A DNA stretch of 49,455 bases. Source: a virus. Its lineage: Duplodnaviria > Caudoviricetes. Where the stretch lies: positions 1 through 49,455 of IMG/VR virus record IMGVR_UViG_3300017722_002491. One strand, written 5' to 3'. The notes under the pieces were generated by a model. That model searched no databases, was not told the origin of the DNA, and saw only the letters and a program-made list of their open reading frames with translations. The position numbers and the translations under genes were made by a program. Position 1 is the first letter of the stretch; every line of letters begins with the position of its first letter. Of this stretch, positions 45,775 to 49,455 are shown piece by piece.

Positions 45775-46062
45775 ATGGAACAGGATTTCGTAGCAATCTT
45801 CAAAGCCTCAAAGCCTAAGCTGTCCGACTTCCTGATCCGCCATGACGTATGCACCTACTACTCGAAAAACTGGACAATCGGCAACCCGTGGATCGCGTGG
45901 TTCAATCACCCCGCATCCGATCCAGAGCATCGGACTTTCGTGCAGCTTGTGGAGCGGTATAGCATGGAAGCGTGCTCCCGGCGCAACCTGTGCGCCACTG
46001 GACGGGATAGGGAGGATGCGTGTCGGAATCTAGCCAAGCTGAACAACCTGACGTTCCCGTAA
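45775..46062 (+). CDS. Hypothetical protein
   Basis: 95 aa ending in G-x-x-REDAC-x-NLA motif. Confidence 0.6.
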   Translation: MEQDFVAIFKASKPKLSDFLIRHDVCTYYSKNWTIGNPWIAWFNHPASDPEHRTFVQLVERYSMEACSRRNLCATGRDREDACRNLAKLNNLTFP

Positions 46063-46283
46063 TACGGATATACGGTCACGGGTTGTTCTTCGTCCACTCG
46101 ACTAATAGCGGGAAGGATTATCTCGTTGATCTGTCTGATCCAGAGTGGCCGGACGGTCAATGCGATTGCGCTTTCTTCCGATATAAGCTGTATCCCTTGA
46201 TCGTGCGAGGACTGCCCCCGGCGAACAGGGCTTGCAAGCACATCGAAGCTGTGATTGAATCGGGTCTATGGAACAACAAGTAA
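46020..46283 (+). CDS. SWIM zinc-finger protein
   Basis: Y-x-VD...CDC-x-x-F...CKHI; start uncertain. Confidence 0.7.
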   Translation: MSESSQAEQPDVPVIRIYGHGLFFVHSTNSGKDYLVDLSDPEWPDGQCDCAFFRYKLYPLIVRGLPPANRACKHIEAVIESGLWNNK

Positions 46284-46786
46284 CTTCTGTCCCCGAAAAA
46301 AACGAATATTCGTTAGAGCAGAAGGACGCTATCAAGATACTTGTGATCGAAATTGGCGTTGCGCAAACGTCCCGGCGGTTGAATATCCCCGTCTCAACCG
46401 TGCAATCGTGGGTGGATCGTTATGGCTGGCTCAAGAACATCCCTAAGCACCTGCTGCCGACTCGCCGGAGGAACAAGATGCCGATGAAGCCAAGTGATGC
46501 GCTGGTGCAGGAGTTCAAGGAACTGGATGGAGATTCTAGGATTAACCTAGCCCGTGGGCTGAATAAGGGCGCAAAGGCAATCGGCAAGATGAACGGGCAT
46601 GAGGTTATTGATCGGGCGACTGAGGTTAAATCCGTGGTGCAGAGCATCGCCCTTACCCATGCTTGGGATTCCACTCGTCCCGTCAACAAGGTGAGCCTGT
46701 CCATCACGGGCAACGGCAAGGCAATCGAGGGTGCGATAGATGCGGAGTGGTCTGAGATAGGGGATACGAATCTGTTGGAGGATTAG
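46268..46786 (+). CDS. HTH protein, candidate terminase small subunit
   Basis: YS-x-E-x-K...SRRLNIPVSTVQSW..RYGW HTH, helical middle, beta tail and IDAEW end. Confidence 0.5.
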   Translation: MEQQVTSVPEKNEYSLEQKDAIKILVIEIGVAQTSRRLNIPVSTVQSWVDRYGWLKNIPKHLLPTRRRNKMPMKPSDALVQEFKELDGDSRINLARGLNKGAKAIGKMNGHEVIDRATEVKSVVQSIALTHAWDSTRPVNKVSLSITGNGKAIEGAIDAEWSEIGDTNLLED

Positions 46787-46830
46787 CGTTCAAAGTTACA
46801 GCGCGGGAAGCAGGAACTTAGTCACAACGC

Positions 46831-46868
46831 AAAACCGCCGCACCTTTTAACTGCAAAAGATGCGGCGG
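46831..46868 (-). terminator. Intrinsic terminator of the minus-strand early block
   Basis: 14-bp stem (CCGCCGCA/TGCGGCGG core; one pair is G-U only on the minus strand) followed by UUUU on minus. Confidence 0.7.
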
Positions 46869-46894
46869 CAAAAAACAAACTTCGGGTGTGTTGA

Positions 46895-47038
46895 TTACTT
46901 CTTCATGGCTTTCCTCCTTTCGGGCTTTTTAGTCGGGTTACGTGCTTCCGTCAATCGGGCTTTCTCGATTGCCTTCTCGCGCAGTATGGCGGCAGCGCGT
47001 GCGCGGTTGTTGGTTAGGATGAAATGGAGCAGGTTCAT
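46895..47038 (-). CDS. Small basic protein (47 aa)
   Basis: MNLLHFILTNNRARAAAILREKAIEKARLTEARNPTKKPERRKAMKK*. Confidence 0.5.
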   Translation of the reverse strand: MNLLHFILTNNRARAAAILREKAIEKARLTEARNPTKKPERRKAMKK

Positions 47039-47489
47039 CGTTTGTAGTAGTTGGCGATTTCAAAGTTCAGCCCTTCCAGATTGTCCTTGGTGAAATTGTC
47101 CATCAGGAACGCGACGGCATCGGATGAGCGGGCAAAGCGTAGCCGCGCAAAAGCTCCTTCTGGCCCCACGTTTTCGCTGATACACATCTCCACACATTGC
47201 ACGGGTTCGCCGTCAATAGGGAGCGGAGAGACAAGCGCATCAAGGTCAACGGGGCATCCGGCACAACCTCGTAGTCACCCCATCCCCACGCGCCTTTGCC
47301 AGTGGTTTCTAAGTCTTGCAGGAATAGGGCGGCAGAGGATAACATCCGAGGATAGTCCACGGGGTTGATTGCATAGCTGCCAAGCGGGGTTGATTGCAGG
47401 TCTGCGAGTGCATCGCGCAGGGTTGCGCCCTTGCCGATGATGGTCTTGTTGGTGTCGCCGTGGCGAACGGTGAAGCGTATGGATTTCAT
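47035..47489 (-). CDS. Hypothetical protein with apparent -1 frameshift near 47251-47254
   Basis: Frame from 47489 is protein-like to YEVVPDAP; the -1 frame continues VDLDALVSPLPIDGEPVQ...EIANYYKR* with an ATGA overlap at 47035-47038. Confidence 0.5.
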
Positions 47490-47492
47490 AGA

Positions 47493-47774
47493 TTAAAAGG
47501 TGATTTCATTGTCGTTGTTGTCCCAAGCGCGTCCATTGTAGGAGATGCGGGCGATTTGGGTTTTCTTGCTGCCGCTGACTTGATAGACTTTGCCGCCCGT
47601 CCAGTTGCCGCCGCCGAGTCCATTGCTTTCAAGGTATTCACGGCATACGCTGGATGCTTCTTCGATGGATTTGACATCCACCAGCTTGCGCTTGGGGCTA
47701 TCGGTGGGTTCGATCCAATAGCCTCCGCAGATGTCGGGGTTCTTGGCGTGACTGAGTGCTACTTGTAGTTTCAT
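47493..47774 (-). CDS. Phage early protein (GLGGGNW...ARISYNGR-x-W motif)
   Basis: 93 aa, with a motif I recognise as recurrent in phage/plasmid early proteins. Confidence 0.75.
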   Translation of the reverse strand: MKLQVALSHAKNPDICGGYWIEPTDSPKRKLVDVKSIEEASSVCREYLESNGLGGGNWTGGKVYQVSGSKKTQIARISYNGRAWDNNDNEITF

Positions 47775-47794
47775 AGGTATTTTTAGTTGCTGGT

Positions 47795-47890
47795 TTATTT
47801 GATGAACTCGCGCAGGATGCCGGAGATGTGCCATTTAACTTTGCCGTTTCGGAGCATTGCGCGAAGGTGGAGAAGGATGCGGGTGATCAT
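47795..47890 (-). CDS. Cationic amphipathic peptide (31 aa)
   Basis: MITRILLHLRAMLRNGKVKWHISGILREFIK*; ATGA overlap with upstream stop. Confidence 0.45.
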   Translation of the reverse strand: MITRILLHLRAMLRNGKVKWHISGILREFIK

Positions 47891-48273
47891 TGGATGAGTT
47901 GGAGTTGAGCGGGATCGGTGTCCTCGATGAGCATCGTGATGCTGAACGGCTCGCCCCGATCCACGGATTTAGCGAGACTTGCGATTTTCTTCCTGTCTGC
48001 CCCGTATTCAACGAGACGGTCAGTGACTTGATCCAGAGTATCCCCAGAGCAGCGTATAAAGGCGGCGTGCGGGGCTTTTTCTAGGATTTGCCACCCGATA
48101 CCCTCAACGCTGCCTCCTGAGGGCCTAGAGACGGTTCCGGCGTTGTCGGGTTGCAGGGCTTTGAGGGCTTCCGCGCAATCCCAAGGTGTCGGGAAGCTCA
48201 GAACGATGTCGGCGCAGTAGTCGCCCCAAAAATGGTGAGCGAGTTGGCCGGATGCGGTGATTTGCTTTTTCAT
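47887..48273 (-). CDS. Hypothetical early protein
   Basis: 128 aa from ATG 48273. Confidence 0.7.
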   Translation of the reverse strand: MKKQITASGQLAHHFWGDYCADIVLSFPTPWDCAEALKALQPDNAGTVSRPSGGSVEGIGWQILEKAPHAAFIRCSGDTLDQVTDRLVEYGADRKKIASLAKSVDRGEPFSITMLIEDTDPAQLQLIQ

Positions 48274-48281
48274 GGTCGTGA

Positions 48282-49022
48282 TTAGAGGTTTGATTTGAGT
48301 GCGGCGGCGATGAGTTTCGCCTGTTCGGGCGTTGCGCTGTTGATTGCAAAAGAGACGGAGCCGCCAAAGTTTGCCGTCCATGATGCATTTTTGAAGTAGC
48401 CGGATGTTTCGGGCTTCTTGGTGTGGTAGTTCTCGCCAAGCGGCTTACCAAAGCACTTAGCGACGGCTTGCGCGGACTTCGCTTGTGCATCATCGGCAGC
48501 ATCGAGTTGCGCGATCTTGGTGATTGCCGCCTCTTGCGCGATTTCTGAATCAGGGAGCAATCGGGATGTGATAGCCTTGGCGATTTTTGCTGGTGGAGTT
48601 GTGTCGGCAACCGTGATCGAAGGTGCTGCCAGCTTGGTATTGCCTACCCAGAGATCGAGATAGCTGCCTTTGTGCCGTGGGCGTGAATGACTGATCTGGA
48701 TGCGCCCTTTCTTGTTCCAGCCGCCGCCGCCGATGAACAGCGCGAGTCCGTCCTTGCGGGTCAAAAGCCAGTTGCAATCTGCATACTCATCAGATTGCGG
48801 GGTTGCCTTCCAATCTGCGCCAAGTGCGGCAGCAACCGCTGCATAGCAGTCGGCTTTCGGGTATTCCAAGGTTTCGGTGCGGAGATAGTCGAAGTCTGCG
48901 CCGTCATTGCCGAAACGCTTCTGCGCGAGTTCGGGGGTTTTGCCGTAGGCGCAGAACTCTGATGCCATTTGGTCAGTTGGTTGCTTGTGCTTGAATATGT
49001 GTTTTAGGATTACGGGTTTCAT
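48282..49022 (-). CDS. Hypothetical early protein
   Basis: 246 aa, first gene of the block, A/C-rich leader. Confidence 0.8.
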   Translation of the reverse strand: MKPVILKHIFKHKQPTDQMASEFCAYGKTPELAQKRFGNDGADFDYLRTETLEYPKADCYAAVAAALGADWKATPQSDEYADCNWLLTRKDGLALFIGGGGWNKKGRIQISHSRPRHKGSYLDLWVGNTKLAAPSITVADTTPPAKIAKAITSRLLPDSEIAQEAAITKIAQLDAADDAQAKSAQAVAKCFGKPLGENYHTKKPETSGYFKNASWTANFGGSVSFAINSATPEQAKLIAAALKSNL

Positions 49023-49067
49023 GGATTTGGTTTGTTTTTCTGTTCGGGTGATTCCGTTCAGTGGGAT

Positions 49068-49100
49068 GGAGAAAACAGCATCCTGCCGTTGGAGTCAATA
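49068..49100 (-). promoter_or_regulatory. Putative early promoter
   Basis: TATTGACT (49100-49093) with an A-rich upstream tract; weak -10. Confidence 0.45.
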
Positions 49101-49124
49101 ACTATTTTACATTTTTACACGATA

Positions 49125-49274
49125 GCTTCAAGTTACAGGGTAATCCCGGCTTCAACCGTCAGGACGATACGGGTGATCAACGGCAAGCTGCGCAGGGTGG
49201 GCGTTTCGCTTCAAGTTACAGCGCAGTCGGGATAGGTAGGATCAGGGATGGTCAGCGCACCAGCGGCAAGCTGC
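49125..49274. repeat. Degenerate 83-bp tandem duplication
   Basis: GCTTCAAGTTACAG at 49125 and 49208; CGGCAAGCTGC at 49181 and 49264 (both offsets 83 bp). Confidence 0.75.
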
Positions 49275-49349
49275 ACAGCGACGGGGATGCCAGGTTCAGA
49301 TGTATTGATTATCGGGTGCATTGATAAAAGCGGCGTCGGGTGCTGGGTC

Positions 49350-49455
49350 TGCTGGAGGTGCTGGAGGTGCTGGAGGTGCTGGAGGTGCTGGAGGTGCTGG
49401 AGGTGCTGGAGGTGCTGGAGGTGCTGGAGGTGCTGGAGGTGCTGGAGGTGCTGGA
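49350..49455. repeat. Perfect 9-bp tandem repeat (TGCTGGAGG), ~11.8 copies, running off the window
   Basis: Directly visible; reads (PAP)n on the minus strand. Confidence 0.97.

Larger units (their letters stand above)
1..49455. mobile_element. Tailed bacteriophage genome (podovirus-like), near-complete contig
   Basis: Terminase, portal, scaffold, capsid, tail, ejection-type proteins, lysis and replication modules; no tape measure or sheath; no host housekeeping genes. Confidence 0.95.

Noticed and set aside
45650-45793. 47-aa ORF MSLNRHLCPCEKSP...
   Set aside because: Fills the gap and may be real or a zinc-ribbon remnant, but the second Cys pair is incomplete; too weak to call.
49125-49455. 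CRISPR array
   Set aside because: Repeats are 9-14 bp, either without spacers or in only two copies; no cas genes.
1-49455. Integrated prophage with att sites, or alternative genetic code
   Set aside because: No integrase or host flanks in the window; genes are full length under the standard code with all three stop codons used.

Overview
The window is most of a ~50-kb tailed-phage genome with podovirus-like architecture. Both ends break inside short tandem repeats, and I found no integrase, DNA polymerase, tRNA, rRNA or CRISPR array. Left to right: small minus-strand genes; a ~480-nt intergenic region dense in GNRA/UUCG hairpins (candidate large ncRNA); a GT71-like glycosyltransferase; an inverted terminase-large-subunit operon; a glycan-biosynthesis island (GT9-, GT2- and GT32-like glycosyltransferases, a miniature split TPP-dependent E1alpha/E1beta pair, a Zn-dehydrogenase, plus an interspersed Dam methylase and HNH-AP2 nuclease); portal, Dps-like protein, scaffold, and a major capsid protein with a structured 5' leader; a lysis cassette; Cys-rich tail proteins; sulfotransferase-like and citrate-synthase-like genes; three Cys-free ejection-type proteins, including a 3101-aa polyvalent protein; a lambdoid-type replication/recombination module (RHH regulator, SSB, RecE-like nuclease, initiator with iterons, DnaB, RusA-like); and a minus-strand early block. 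The host is inferred, not shown, to be Gram-negative and possibly Verrucomicrobiota. The best candidates for new biology are the large structured RNA, a phage-encoded branched-sugar/virion-decoration pathway, and a Cys-rich shell paired with Cys-free internal proteins, suggesting a disulfide- or metal-crosslinked virion. All family assignments come from recognising motifs by eye; no database searches were run.
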